From positions 372,001 to 436,000 of the forward strand of contig JAJCTO010000013.1 in assembly GCA_046563655.1 (NCBI GenBank): a stretch of DNA of 64,000 nt, written 5' to 3'. The notes under the pieces are model-generated. The model was not told the DNA's origin and did not search any database. It saw nothing but the letters and a program-made list of their open reading frames with translations. A program made the translations under genes and the position numbers. Source of the DNA: Yuukianura sp. NJ FZ-2021 (Eukaryota). Shown here one piece after another: positions 27,001-41,400 of the stretch (position 1 is its first letter; each line of letters opens with the position of its first letter).

Positions 27001-30000
27001 ACATTATTCTGCCGTTGGCCGAAGTATTGGAGCTGAAATTTTAGTAGCAGCTTGACTTCAATTTTGCAGGATGTGAGGCTTCACAAGAACCCACTTTCGG
27101 TTCGACGATGTTAGACTTGTTTGTAGCTTTGGAAACTTGATGAGTCAGCAGCCAACGCAAATTACAACATATATTTCTGCGAGAAGAATCTATTCGCTTT
27201 AATTCTGCTGTTACGATTATGCATTGTTCCAGGCGTATAAGAACATTATTCTGCCGTTGGCCGAAGTATTGGAGCTGAAATTTTAGTAGCAGCTTGACTT
27301 CAATTTTGCAGGGTGTGAGGCTTCACAAGAACCCACTTTCGGTTCGCCGATGTTAGACTTGCTTGTAGCTTTGGAAACTTGATGAGTCAGCACCCAACGC
27401 AAACTACAACAAATATTTCTGCGAGAAAAATCTATTCGCTTTAATCCTGCTGTTACGATTATGCATTGTTCCAGGCGTATAAGAACATTATTCTGCCGTT
27501 GGCCGAAGTATTGGAGCTGAAATTTTAGTAGCAGCTTGACTTCAATTTTGCAGGGTGTGAGGCTTCACAAGAACCCCCTTTCGGTTCGCCGATGTTAGAC
27601 TTGCTTGTAGCTTTGGAAACTTGATGAGTCCGCCAACGCAAACTACAACATATATTTCTGCGAGAAAAATCTATTCGCTTTTATTCTGCTGTTACGATTA
27701 TGCATTGTTCCAGGCGTATAAGAACATTATTCTGCCGTTGGCCGAAGTATTGGAGCTGAAATTTTAGTAGCAGCTTGACTTCAATTTTGCAGGATGTGAG
27801 GCTTCACAAGAACCCACTTTCGGTTCGCCGATGTTAGACTTGCTTGTAGCTTTGGAAACTTGATGAGTCCGCCAACGCAAACTACAACATATATTTCTGC
27901 GAGAAAAATCTATTCGCTTTAATCCGGCTGTTACGATTATGCATTGTAACAGGCGTATAAGAACATTATTCTGCCGTTGGCCGAAGTATTGGAGCTGAAA
28001 TTTTAGTAGCAGCTTGACTTCAATTTTGCAGGATGTGAGGCTTCACAAGAACCCCCTTTCGGTTCGCCGATGTTAGACTTGCTTGTAGCTTTGGAAACTT
28101 GATGAGGCCGCCAACGCAGACAGGAACAAATATTTCTGCGAGAAAAATCTATTCGCTTTAATCCTGCTGTTACGATTATGCATTGTTCCAGGCGTATTAG
28201 AATATTATTCTGCCGTTGGCCGAAGTATTGGAGCTGAAATTTTAGTAGCAGCTTGACTTCAATTTTGCAGGGTGTGAGGCTTCACAAGAAGCCACTTTCG
28301 GTTCGCCGATGTTAGACTTGCTTGTAGCTTTGGAAACTTGATGAGTCCGCCAACGCAGATTACAACATATATTTCTGCGAGAAAAATCTATTCGCTTTAA
28401 TTCTGCTGTTACGATTATGCATTGTTCCAGGCGTATAAGAACATTATTCTGCCGTTGGCCGAAGTATTGGAGCTGAAATTTTAGTAGCAGCTTGACTTCA
28501 ATTTTGCAGGGTGTGAGGCTTCACAAGAACCCACTTTCGGTTCGCCGATGTTAGACTTGCTTGTAGCTTTGGAAACTTGATGAGTCAGCACCCAACGCAA
28601 ACTACAACAAATATTTCTGTGAGAAAAATCTATTCGCTTTAATCCTGCTGTTACGATTATGCATTGTTCCAGGCGTATAAGAACATTATTCTGCCGTTGG
28701 CCGAAGTATTGGAGCTGAAATTTTAGTAGCAGCTTGACTTCAATTTTGCAGGGTGTGAGGCTTCACAAGAACCCCTTTCGGTTCGCCGATGTTAGACTTG
28801 CTTGTAGCTTTGGAAACTTGATGAGTCAGCCAACGCAAACTACAACAAATATTTCTGCGAGAAAAATCTATTCGCTTTAATCCTGCTGTTACGATTATGC
28901 ATTGTTCCAGGCGTATAAGAATATTATTCTGCCGTTGGCCGAAGTATTGGAGCTGAAATTTTAGTAGCAGCTTGACTTCAATTTTGCAGGATGTGAGGCT
29001 TCACAAGAACCCCCTTTCGGTTCGCCGATGTTAGACTTGCTTGTAGCTTTGGAAACTTGATGAGTCCGCCAACGCAAACTACAACATATATTTCTGCGAG
29101 AAAAATCTATTCGCTTTAATTCTGCTGTTACGATTATGCATTGTTCCAGGCGTATAAGAACATTATTCTGGGGTTGGCCGGACTATTGGAACTGAAATTT
29201 AAGTAGCAGCTTGACTTCAATTTTGCAGGATGTGAGGCTTCACAAGAACCCCCTTTCGGTTCGCCGATGTTAGACTTGCTTGTAGCTTTGGAAGCTTGAT
29301 GAGGCCGCCAACGCAAATTACAACATATATTTCTGTGAGAAAAATCTATTCGCTTTAATCCGGCTGTTACGATTATGCATTGTTCCAGGCGTATAAGAAC
29401 ATTATTCTGCCGTTGGCCGAAGTATTGGAGCTGAAATTTTAGTAGCAGCTTGACTTCAATTTTGCAGGGTGTGAGGCTTCACAAGAACCCCTTTCGGTTC
29501 GCCGATGTTAGACTTGCTTGTAGCTTTGGAAACTTGATGAGTCCGCCAACGCAAACTACAACATATATTTCTGTGAGAAAAATCTATTCGCTTTAATCCT
29601 GCTGTTACGATTATGCATTGTTCCAGGCGTATAAGAATATTATTCTGCCGTTGGCCGAAGTATTGGAGCTGAAATTTTAGTAGCAGCTTGACTTCACTTT
29701 TGCTGGGTGTGAGGCTTCACAAGAACCCTCTTTCGGTTCGCCGATGTTAGACTTGCTTGTAGCTTTGGAAACTTGATGAGTCCGCCAACGCAGACAGGAA
29801 CAAATATTTCTGCGAGAAAAATCTATTCGCTTTAATTCTGCTGTTACGATTATGCATTGTTCCAGGCGTATAAGAACATTATTCTGCCGTTGGCCGAAGT
29901 ATTGGAGCTGAAATTTTAGTAGCAGCTTGACTTCAATTTTGCAGGATGTGAGGCTTCACAAGAACCCCATTTCGGTTCGCCGATGTTAGACTTGCTTGTA

Positions 30001-32326
30001 GCTTTGGAAAATTGATGAGTCCGCCAACGCAAACTACAACATATATTTCTGCAAGAAAAATCTAATTCGCTTTAATCCTGCTGTTACGATTATGCATTGT
30101 TCCAGGCGTATAAGAACATTATTCTGCCGTTGGCCGAAGTATTGGAGCTGAAATTTTAGTAGCAGCTTGACTTCAATTTTGCAGGGTGTGAGGCTTCACA
30201 AGAACCCCTTTCGGTTCGCCGATGTTAGACTTGCTTGTAGCTTTGGAAACTTGATGAGTCCGCCAACGCAGACTGGAACAAATATTTCTGCGATAAAAAT
30301 CTATTCGCTTTAATCCGGCTGTTACGATTATGCATTGTTCCAGGCGTATAAGAACATTATTCTGCCGTTGGCCGAAGTATTGGAGCTGAAATTTTAGTAG
30401 CAGCTTGACTTCAATTTTGCAGGGTGTGAGGCTTCACAAGAACCCCATTCGGTTCGCCGATGTTAGACTTGCTTGTAGCTTTGGAAACTTGATGAGTCCG
30501 CCAACGCAAACTACAACAAATATTTCTGCGAGAAAAATCTATTCGCTTTAATTCTGCTGTTACGATTATGCATTGTTCCAGGCGTATAAGAACATTATTC
30601 TGCCGTTGGCCGAAGTATTGGAGCTGAAATTTTAGTAGCAGCTTGACTTCAATTTTGCAGGGTGTGAGGCTTCACAAGAACCCCCTTTCGGTTCGCCGAT
30701 GTTAGACTTGCTTGTAGCTTTGGAAACTTGATGAGTCCGCCAACGCAAACTACAACATATATTTCTGCGAGAAAAATCTATTCGCTTTTATTCTGCTGTT
30801 ACGATTATGCATTGTTCCAGGCGTATAAGAACATTATTCTGGGGTTGGCCGGACTATTGGAACTGAAATTTAAGTAGCAGCTTGACTTCAATTTTGCAGG
30901 ATGTGAGGCTTCACAAGAACCCCCTTTCGGTTCGCCGATGTTAGACTTGCTTGTAGCTTTGGAAACTTGATGAGTCCGCCAACGCAAACTACAACATATA
31001 TTTCTGCGAGAAAAATCTATTCGCTTTAATTCTGCTGTTACGATTATGCATTGTTCCAGGCGTATAAGAACATTATTCTGCCGTTGGCCGAAGTATTGGA
31101 GCTGAAATTTAAGTAGCAGCTTGACTTCAATTTTGCAGGATGTGAGGCTTCACAAGAACCCCTTTCGGTTCGCCGATGTTAGACTTGCTTGTAGCTTTGG
31201 AAACTTGATGAGTCCGCCAACGCAAACTACAACATATATTTCTGCGAGAAAAATCTATTCGCTTTAATTCTGCTGTTACGATTATGCATTGTTCCAGGCG
31301 TATAAGAACATTATTCTGCCGTTGGCCGAAGTATTGGAGCTGAAATTTTAGTAGCAGCTTGACTTCAATTTTGCAGGGTGTGAGGCTTCACAAGAACCCA
31401 CTTTCGGTTCGCCGATGTTAGACTTGCTTGTAGCTTTGGAAACTTGATGAGTCCGCCAACGCAAATTACAACATATATTTCTGCGAGAAAAATCTATTCG
31501 CTTTAATTCTGCTGTTACGATTATGCATTGTTCCAGGCGTATAAGAACATTATTCTGCCGTTGGCCGAAGTATTGGAGCTGAAATTTTAGTAGCAGCTTG
31601 ACTTCAATTTTGCAGGGTGTGAGGCTTCACAAGAACCCCCTTTCGGTTCGCCGATGTTAGACTTGCTTGTAGCTTTGGAAACTTGATGAGTCCGCCAACG
31701 CAAACTACAACATATATTTCTGCGAGAAAAATCTATTCGCTTTAATCCTGCTGTTACGATTATGCATTGTTCCAGGCGTATAAGAACATTATTCTGCCGT
31801 TGGCCGAAGTATTGGAGCTGAAATTTTAGTAGCAGCTTGACTTCAATTTTGCAGGATGTGAGGCTTCACAAGAACCCCTTTCGGTTCGCCGATGTTAGAC
31901 TTGCTTGTAGCTTTGGAAACTTGATGAGTCAGCAGCCAACGCAAACTACAACATATATTTCTGTGAGAAAAATCTATTCGCTTTAATCCTGCTGTTACGA
32001 TTATGCATTGTTCCAGGCGTATAAGAACATTATTCTGCCGTTGGCCGAAGTATTGGAGCTGAAATTTTAGTAGCAGCTTGACTTCAATTTTGCAGGATGT
32101 GAGGCTTCACAAGAACCCCTTTCGGTTCGCCGATGTTAGACTTGCTTGTAGCTTTGGAAACTTGATGAGTCCGCCAACGCAAACTACAACAAATATTTCT
32201 GCGAGAAAAATCTATTCGCTTTAATTCTGCTGTTACGATTATGCATTGTTCCAGGCGTATAAGAACATTATTCTGCCGTTGGCCGAAGTATTGGAGCTGA
32301 AATTTTAGTAGCAGCTTGACTTCAAT
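1..32326 (+). repeat. Satellite A tandem array, left arm (239/242-bp monomer, about 135 copies)
   Basis: GTTCGCCGATGTTAGACTTGC recurs at 1, 243, 485 and onward without interruption. The period is 242 bp for the GTCAGCACC/GTCAGCAGCC allele and 239 bp for the GTCCGCC allele, one base shorter when the C-run in GAACCCCC is shortened. Monomers differ only at a limited set of polymorphic sites. The strand label is an arbitrary orientation. Confidence 0.99.
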
Positions 32327-32426
32327 NNNNNNNNNNNNNNNNNNNNNNNNNNNNNNNNNNNNNNNNNNNNNNNNNNNNNNNNNNNNNNNNNNNNNNNNNN
32401 NNNNNNNNNNNNNNNNNNNNNNNNNN
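32327..32426. other. Assembly/scaffold gap (100 N)
   Basis: A run of exactly 100 N, the conventional placeholder for a gap of unknown size. Confidence 0.99.
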
Positions 32427-35400
32427 AATAGATTTTCTCGCAGAAATATATGTTGTAGTTTGCGTTGGCGGACTCATCAAGTTTCCAAAGCTACAAGCAA
32501 GTCTAACATCGGCGAACCGAAAGGGGGTTCTTGTGAAGCCTCACATCCTGCAAAATTGAAGTCAAGCTGCTACTAAAATTTCAGCTCCAATACTTCGGCC
32601 AACGGCAGAATAATGTTCTTATACGCCTTGAACAATGCATAATCGTAACAGCAGAATTAAAGCGAATAGATTTTTCTCGCAGAAATATATGTTGTAATTT
32701 GCGTTGGCTGCTGACTCATCAAGTTTCCAAAGCTACAAACAAGTCTAGCATCGTCGAACCGAAAGGGGGTTCTTGTGAAGCCTCACATCCTGCAAAATTG
32801 AAGTCAAGCTGCTACTAAAATTTCAGCTCCAATACTTCGGCCAACGGCAGAATAATGTTCTTATACGCCTGGAACAAAGCATAATCGTAACAGCAGAATA
32901 AAAGCGAATAGATTTTTCTCGCAGAAATATATGTTGTAGTTTGCGTTGGCGGACTCATAAAGTTTCCAAAGCTACAAGCAAGTCTAACATCGGCGAACCG
33001 AAAGGGGGTTCTTGTGAAGCCTCACACCCTGCAAAATTGAAGTCAAGCTGCTACTAAAATTTCAGCTCCAATACTTCGGCCATCGGCAGAATAATGTTCT
33101 TATACGCCTGGAACAATGCATAATCGTAACAGCCGGATTAAAGCGAATAGATTTTTATCGCAGAAATATTTGTTCCAGTCTGCGTTGGCGGACTCATCAA
33201 GTTTCCAATGCTACAAGCAAGTCTAACATCGGCGAACCGAAAGGGGTTCTTGTGAAGCCTCACACCCTGCAAAATTGAAGTCAAGCTGCTACTAAAATTT
33301 CAGCTCCAATACTTCGGCCAACGGCAGAATAATATTCTTATACGCCTGGAACAATGCATAATCGTAACAGCAGGATTAAAGCGAATAGATTTTTCTCACA
33401 GAAATATATGTTGTAGTTTGCGTTGGCGGACTCATCAAGTTTCCAAAGCTACAAGCAAGCCTAACATCGGCGAACCGAAAGTGGGTTCTTGTGAAGCCTC
33501 ACATCCTGCAAAATTGAAGTCAAGCTGCTACTAAAATTTCAGCTCCAATACTTCGGCCAACGGCAGAATAATGTTCTTATACGCCTTGAACAATGCATAA
33601 TCGTAACAGCAGAATTAAAGCGAATAGATTTTTCTCGCAGGAATATTTGTTCCTGTCTGCGTTGGCGGACTCATCAAGTTTCCAAAGCTACAAGCAAGTC
33701 TAACATCGGCGAACCGAAAGGGGGTTCTTGTGAAGCCTCACATCCTGCAAAATTGAAGTCAAGCTGCTACTAAAATTTCAGCTCCAATACTTCGGCCAAC
33801 GGCAGAATAATGTTCTTATACGCCTTGAACAATGCATAATCGTAACAGCAGAATTAAAGCGAATAGATTCTTCTCGCAGAAATATTTGTTGTAGTTTGCG
33901 TTGGGTGCTGACTCATCAAGTTTCCAAAGCTACAAGCAAGTCTAACATCGGCGAACCGAAAGGGGGTTCTTCTGAAGCCTCACATCCTGCAAAATTGAAG
34001 TCAAGCTGCTACTAAAACTTCAGCTCCAATACTTCGGCCAACGGCAGAAAAATGTTCTTATACGCCTGGAACAATGCATAATCGTAACAGCAGGATTAAA
34101 GCGAATAGATTTTTCTTGCAGAAATATATGTTGTAGTTTGCGTTGGCGGACTCGTCAAGTTTCCAAAGCTACAAGCAAGTCAAGCATCGTCGCCCCGACA
34201 TGGTGTTCTTGTGAAGCCTCACATCCTGCAAAATTGAAGTCAAGCTGCTACTTAAATTTCAGTTCCAATACTTCGGCCAACGGCAGAATAATGTTCTTAT
34301 ACGCCTGGAACAATGCATAATCGTAACAGCCGGATTAAAGCGAATAGATTTTTCTCACAGAAATATATGTTGTAATTTGCGTTGGCTGCTGACGCATCAA
34401 GTTTCCAAAGCTACAAGCAAGTCTAACATCGGCGAACCGAAAGGGGGTTCTTGTGAAGCCTCACATCCTGCAAAATTGAAGTCAAGCTGCTACTTAAATT
34501 TCAGTTCCAATAGTCCGGCCAACGGCAGAATAATGTTCTTATACGCCTTGAACAATGCATAATCGTAACAGCAGAATTAAAGCGAATAGATTTTTCTCGC
34601 AGAAATATTTGTTCCTGTCTGCGTTGGCGGACTCATCAAGTTTCCAAAGCTACAAGCAAGTCTAACATCGGCGAACCGAAAGGGGGTTCTTGTGAAGCCT
34701 CACACCCTGCAAAATTGAAGTCAAGCTGCTACTAAAATTTCAGCTCCAATACTTCGGCCAACGGCAGAATAATGTTCTTATACGCCTGTTACAATGCATA
34801 ATCGTAACAGCAGAATTAAAGCGAATAGATTTTTATCGCAGAAATATTTGTTCCAGTCTGCGTTGGCGGACTCATCAAGTTTCCAAAGCTACAAGCAAGT
34901 CTAACATCGGCGAACCGAAAGGGGGTTCTTGTGAAGCCTCACACCCTGCAAAATTGAAGTCAAGCTGCTACTAAAATTTCAGCTCCAATACTTCGGCCAA
35001 CGGCAGAATAATGTTCTTATACGCCTGGAACAATGCATAATCGTAACAGCAGAATTAAAGCGAATAGATTCTTCTCGCAGAAATATATGTTGTAATTTGC
35101 GTTGGCTGCTGACTCATCAAGTTTCCAAAGCTACAAACAAGTCTAACATCGTCGAACCGAAAGGGGGTTCTCGTGAAGCCTCACATCCTGCAAAATTGAA
35201 GTCAAGCTGCTACTAAAATTTCAGCTCCAATACTTCGGCCAACGGCAGAATAATGTTCTTATACGCCTGGAACAATGCATAATCGTAACAGCAGAATTAA
35301 ATCGAATAGATTTTTCTCGCAGAAATATATGTTGTAGTTTGCGTTGGCGGACTCATCAAGTTTCCAAAGCTACAAGCAAGTCTAACATCGGCGAACCGAA

Positions 35401-38400
35401 AGGGGGTTCTTGTGAAGCCTCACACCCTGCAAAATTGAAGTCAAGCTGCTACTAAAATTTCAGCTCCAATACTTCGGCCAACGGCAGAATAATGTTCTTA
35501 TACGCCTGGAACAATGCATAATCGTAACAGCAGAATTAAAGCGAATAGATTCTTCTCGCAGAAATATATGTTGTAATTTGCGTTGGCTGCTGACTCATCA
35601 AGTTTCCAAAGCTAGAAACAAGTCTAACATCGTCGAACCGAAAGGGGGTTCTCGTGAAGCCTCACATCCTGCAAAATTGAAGTCAAGCTGCTACTAAAAT
35701 TTCAGCTCCAATACTTCGGCCATCGGCAGAATAATGTTCTTATACGCCTGGAACAATGCATAATCGTAACAGCCGGATTAAAGCGAATAGATTTTTATCG
35801 CAGAAATATTTGTTCCAGTCTGCGTTGGCGGACTCATCAAGTTTCCAATGCTACAAGCAAGTCTAACATCGGCGAACCGAAAGGGGGTTCTTGTGAAGCC
35901 TCACACCCTGCAAAATTGAAGTCAAGCTGCTACTAAAATTTCAGCTCCAATACTTCGGCCAACGGCAGAATAATGTTCTTATACGCCTGGAACAATGCAC
36001 AATCGTAACAGCAGGATTAAAGCAATTAGATTTTTCTTGCAGAAATATATGTTGTAGTTTGCGTTGGCGGACTCGTCAAGTTTCCAAAGCTACAAGCAAG
36101 TCTAACATCGGCGAACCGAAAGGGGTTCTTGTGAAGCCTCACACCCTGCAAAATTGAAGTCAAGCTGCTACTAAAATTTCAGCTCCAATACTTCGGCCAA
36201 CGGCAGAATAATATTCTTATACGCCTGGAACAATGCATAATCGTAACAGCAGGAATTAAAGCGAATAGATTTTTCTCACAGAAATATTTGTTGTAGTTTG
36301 CGTTGGGTGCTGACTCATCAAGTTTCCAAAGCTACAAGCAAGTCTAACATCGGCGAACCGAAAGGGGGTTCTTGTGAAGCCTCACACCCTGCAAAATTGA
36401 AGTCAAGCAGCTACTAAAATTTCAGCTCCAATACTTCGGCCAACGGCAGAATAATGTTCTTATACGCCTGGAACAATGCATAATCGTAACAGCAGAATAA
36501 AAGCGAATAGATTTTTCTCGCAGAAATATATGTTGTAGTTTGCGTTGGCGGACTCATCAAGTTTCCAAAGCTACAAGCAAGTCTAACATCGGCGAACCGA
36601 AAGGGAGTTCTTGTGAAGCCTCACACCCTGCAAAATTGAAGTCAAGCTGCTACTAAAATTTCAGCTCCAATACTTCGGCCAACGGCAGAATAATGTTCTT
36701 ATACGCCTAGAACAATGCATAATCGTAACAGCAGGATTAAAGCGAATAGATTTTTCTCGCAGAAATATATGTTGTAATTTGCGTTGGCTGCTGACTCATC
36801 AAGTTTCCAAAGCTACAAACAAGTCTAACATTGTCGAACCGAAAGGGGGTTCTTGTGAAGCCTCACATCCTGCAAAATTGAAGTCAAGCTGCTACTAAAA
36901 TTTCAGCTCCAATACTTCGGCCAACGGCAGAATAATGTTCTTATACGCCTGGAACAATGCATAATCGTAACAGCAGAATAAAAGCGAATAGATTTTTCTC
37001 GCAGAAATATATGTTGTAGTTTGCGTTAGCGGACTCATCAAGTTTCCAAAGCTACAAGCAAGTCTAACATCGGCGAACCGAAAGGGGGTTCTTGTGAAGC
37101 CTCACACCCTGCAAAATTGAAGTCAAGCTGCTACTAAAATTTCAGCTCCAATACTTCGGCCAACGGCAGAATAATGTTCTTATACGCCTTGAACAATGCA
37201 TAATCGTAACAGCAGAATTAAAGCGAATAGATTCTTCTCGCAGAAATATATGTTGTAGTTTGCGTTGGCGGACTCATCAAGTTTCCAAAGCTACAAGCAA
37301 GTCTAACATCGGCGAACCGAAAGGGGGTTCTTGTGAAGCCTCACACCCTGCAAAATTGAAGTCAAGCTGCTACTAAAATTTCAGCTCCAATACTTCGGCC
37401 AACGGCAGAATAATGTTCTTATACGCCTAGAACAATGCATAATCGTAACAGCAGGATTAAAGCGAATAGATTTTTCTCGCAGAAATATATGTTGTAATTT
37501 GCGTTGGCTGCTGACTCATCAAGTTTCCAAAGCTACAAACAAGTCTAACATTGTCGAACCGAAAGGGGTTCTTGTGAAGCCTCACATCCTGCAAAATTGA
37601 AGTCAAGCTGCTACTAAAATTTCAGCTCCAATACTTCGGCCAACGGCAGAATAATGTTCTTATACGCCTGGAACAATGCATAATCGTAACAGCAGAATAA
37701 AAGCGAATAGATTTTTCTCGCAGAAATATATGTTGTAGTTTGCGTTAGCGGACTCATCAAGTTTCCAAAGCTACAAGCAAGTCTAACATCGGCGAACCGA
37801 AACGGGGTTCTTGTGAAGCCTCACACCCTGCAAAATTGAAGTCAAGCTGCTACTAAAATTTCAGCTCCAATACTTCGGCCAACGGCAGAATAATGTTCTT
37901 ATACGCCTGGAACAATGCATAATCGTAACAGCCGGATTAAAGCGAATAGATTTTTATCGCAGAAATATTTGTTCCAGTCTGCGTTGGCGGACTCATCAAG
38001 TTTCCAAAGCTACAAGCAAGTCTAACATCGGCGAACCGAAAGGGGGTTCTTCTGAAGCCTCACATCCTGCAAAATTGAAGTCAAGCTGTTACTAAAATTT
38101 CAGCTCCAATACTTCGGCCAACGGCAGAATAATGTTCTTATACGCCTTGAACAATGCATAATCGTAACAGCAGAATTAAAGCGAATAGATTCTTCTCGCA
38201 GAAATATATGTTGTAGTTTGCGTTGGCGGACTCATCAAGTTTCCAAAGCTACAAGCAAGTCTAACATCGGCGAACCGAAAGGGGGTTCTTCTGAAGCCTC
38301 ACATCCTGCAAAATTGAAGTCAAGCTGCTACTAAAATTTCAGCTCCAATACTTCGGCCAACGGCAGAATAATATTCTTATACGCCTGGAACAATGCATAA

Positions 38401-41400
38401 TCGTAACAGCAGGATTAAAGCGAATAGATTTTTCTCACAGAAATATTTGTTGTAGTTTGCGTTGGGTGCTGACTCATCAAGTTTCCAAAGCTACAAGCAA
38501 GTCTAACATCGGCGAACCGAAAGGGGGTTCTTGTGAAGCCTCACACCCTGCAAAATTGAAGTCAAGCTGCTACTAAAATTTCAGCTCCAATACTTCGGCC
38601 AACGGCAGAAAAATGTTCTTATACGCCTGGAACAATGCATAATCGTAACAGCAGGATTAAAGCAATTAGATTTTTCTTGCAGAAATATATGTTGTAGTTT
38701 GCGTTGGCGGACTCGTCAAGTTTCCAAAGCTACAAGCAAGTCTAACATCGGCGAACCGAAAGGGGGTTCTTGTGAAGCCTCACACCCTGCAAAATTGAAG
38801 TCAAGCTGCTACTAAAATTTCAGCTCCAATACTTCGGCCAACGGCAGAATAATGTTCTTATACGCCTTGAACAATGCATAATCGTAACAGCAGAATTAAA
38901 GCGAATAGATTCTTCTCGCAGAAATATTATGTTGTAGTTTGCGTTGGCGGACTCATCAAGTTTCCAAAGCTACAAGCAAGTCTAACATCGGCGAACCGAA
39001 AGGGGGTTCTTGTGAAGCCTCACACCCTGCAAAATTGAAGTCAAGCTGCTACTAAAATTTCAGCTCCAATACTTCGGCCAACGGCACAATAATATTCTTA
39101 TACGCCTGGAACAATGCATAATCGTAACAGCAGGATTAAAGCGAATAGATTTTTCTCACAGAAATATTTGTTGTAGTTTGCGTTGGGTGCTGACTCATCA
39201 AGTTTCCAAAGCTACAAGCAAGTCTAACATCGGCGAACCGAAAGGGGTTCTTCTGAAGCCTCACATCCTGCAAAATTGAAGTCAAGCTGCTACTAAAATT
39301 TCAGCTCCAATACTTCGGCCAACGGCAGAATAATAATGTTCTTATACGCCTTGAACAATGCATAATCGTAACAGCAGAATTAAAGCGAATAGATTCTTCT
39401 CGCAGAAATATATGTTGTAGTTTGCGTTGGCGGACTCATCAAGTTTCCAAAGCTACAAGCAAGTCTAACATCGGCGAACCGAAAGGGGGTTCTTGTGAAG
39501 CCTCACACCCTGCAAAATTGAAGTCAAGCTGCTACTAAAATTTCAGCTCCAATACTTCGGCCAACGGCAGAATAATGTTCTTATACGCCTTGGAACAATG
39601 CATAATCGTAACAGCAGAATTAAAGCGAATAGATTCTTCTCGCAGAAATATATGTTGTAGTTTGCGTTGGCGGACTCATCAAGTTTCCAAAGCTACAAGC
39701 AAGTCTAACATCGGCGAACCGAAAGGGGGTTCTTGTGAAGCCTCACACCCTGCAAAATTGAAGTCAAGCTGCTACTAAAATTTCAGCTCCAATACTTCGG
39801 CCAACGGCACAATAATATTCTTATACGCCTGGAACAATGCATAATCGTAACAGCAGGATTAAAGCGAATAGATTTTTCTCACAGAAATATTTGTTGTAGT
39901 TTGCGTTGGGTGCTGACTCATCAAGTTTCCAAAGCTACAAGCAAGTCTAACATCGGCGAACCGAAAGGGGGTTCTTGTGAAGCCTCACACCCTGCAAAAT
40001 TGAAGTCAAGCTGCTACTAAAATTTCAGCTCCAATACTTCGGCCAACGGCACAATAATATTCTTATACGCCTGGAACAATGCATAATCGTAACAGCAGGA
40101 TTAAAGCGAATAGATTTTTCTCACAGAAATATTTGTTGTAGTTTGCGTTGGGTGCTGACTCATCAAGTTTCCAAAGCTACAAGCAAGTCTAACATCGGCG
40201 AACCGAAAGGGGGTTCTTCTGAAGCCTCACATCCTGCAAAATTGAAGTCAAGCTGCTACTAAAATTTCAGCTCCAATACTTCGGCCAACGGCAGAATAAT
40301 ATTCTTATACGCCTGGAACAATGCATAATCGTAACAGCAGGATTAAAGCGAATAGATTTTTCTCACAGAAATATTTGTTGTAGTTTGCGTTGGGTGCTGA
40401 CTCATCAAGTTTCCAAAGCTACAAGCAAGTCTAACATCGGCGAACCGAAAGGGGGTTCTTCTGAAGCCTCACATCCTGCAAAATTGAAGTCAAGCTGCTA
40501 CTAAAATTTCAGCTCCAATACTTCGGCCAACGGCAGAATAATATTCTTATACGCCTGGAACAATGCATAATCGTAACAGCAGGATTAAAGCGAATAGATT
40601 TTTCTCACAGAAATATTTGTTGTAGTTTGCGTTGGGTGCTGACTCATCAAGTTTCCAAAGCTACAAGCAAGTCTAACATCGGCGAACCGAAAGGGGGTTC
40701 TTCTGAAGCCTCACATCCTGCAAAATTGAAGTCAAGCTGCTACTAAAATTTCAGCTCCAATACTTCGGCCAACGGCAGAATAATAATATTCTTATACGCC
40801 TGGAACAATGCATAATCGTAACAGCAGGATTAAAGCGAATAGATTTTTCTCACAGAAATATTTGTTGTAGTTTGCGTTGGGTGCTGACTCATCAAGTTTC
40901 CAAAGCTACAAGCAAGTCTAACATCGGCGAACCGAAAGGGGGTTCTTGTGAAGCCTCACACCCTGCAAAATTGAAGTCAAGCTGCTACTAAAATTTCAGC
41001 TCCAATACTTCGGCCAACGGCAGAAAAATGTTCTTATACGCCTGGAACAATGCATAATCGTAACAGCAGGATTAAAGCAATTAGATTTTTCTTGCAGAAA
41101 TATATGTTGTAGTTTGCGTTGGCGGACTCGTCAAGTTTCCAAAGCTACAAGCAAGTCTAACATCGGCGAACCGAAAGGGGTTCTTGTGAAGCCTCACACC
41201 CTGCAAAATTGAAGTCAAGCTGCTACTAAAATTTCAGCTCCAATACTTCGGCCAACGGCAGAATAATGTTCTTATACGCCTTGGAACAATGCATAATCGT
41301 AACAGCAGAATTAAAGCGAATAGATTCTTCTCGCAGAAATATATGTTGTAGTTTGCGTTGGCGGACTCATCAAGTTTCCAAAGCTACAAGCAAGTCTAAC

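Noticed and set aside
32592..32610. CENP-B box-like CTTCGGCCAACGGCAG
   Set aside because: It does not fit TTCG-N4-A-N2-CGGG; the CGGG half is missing or mis-spaced.
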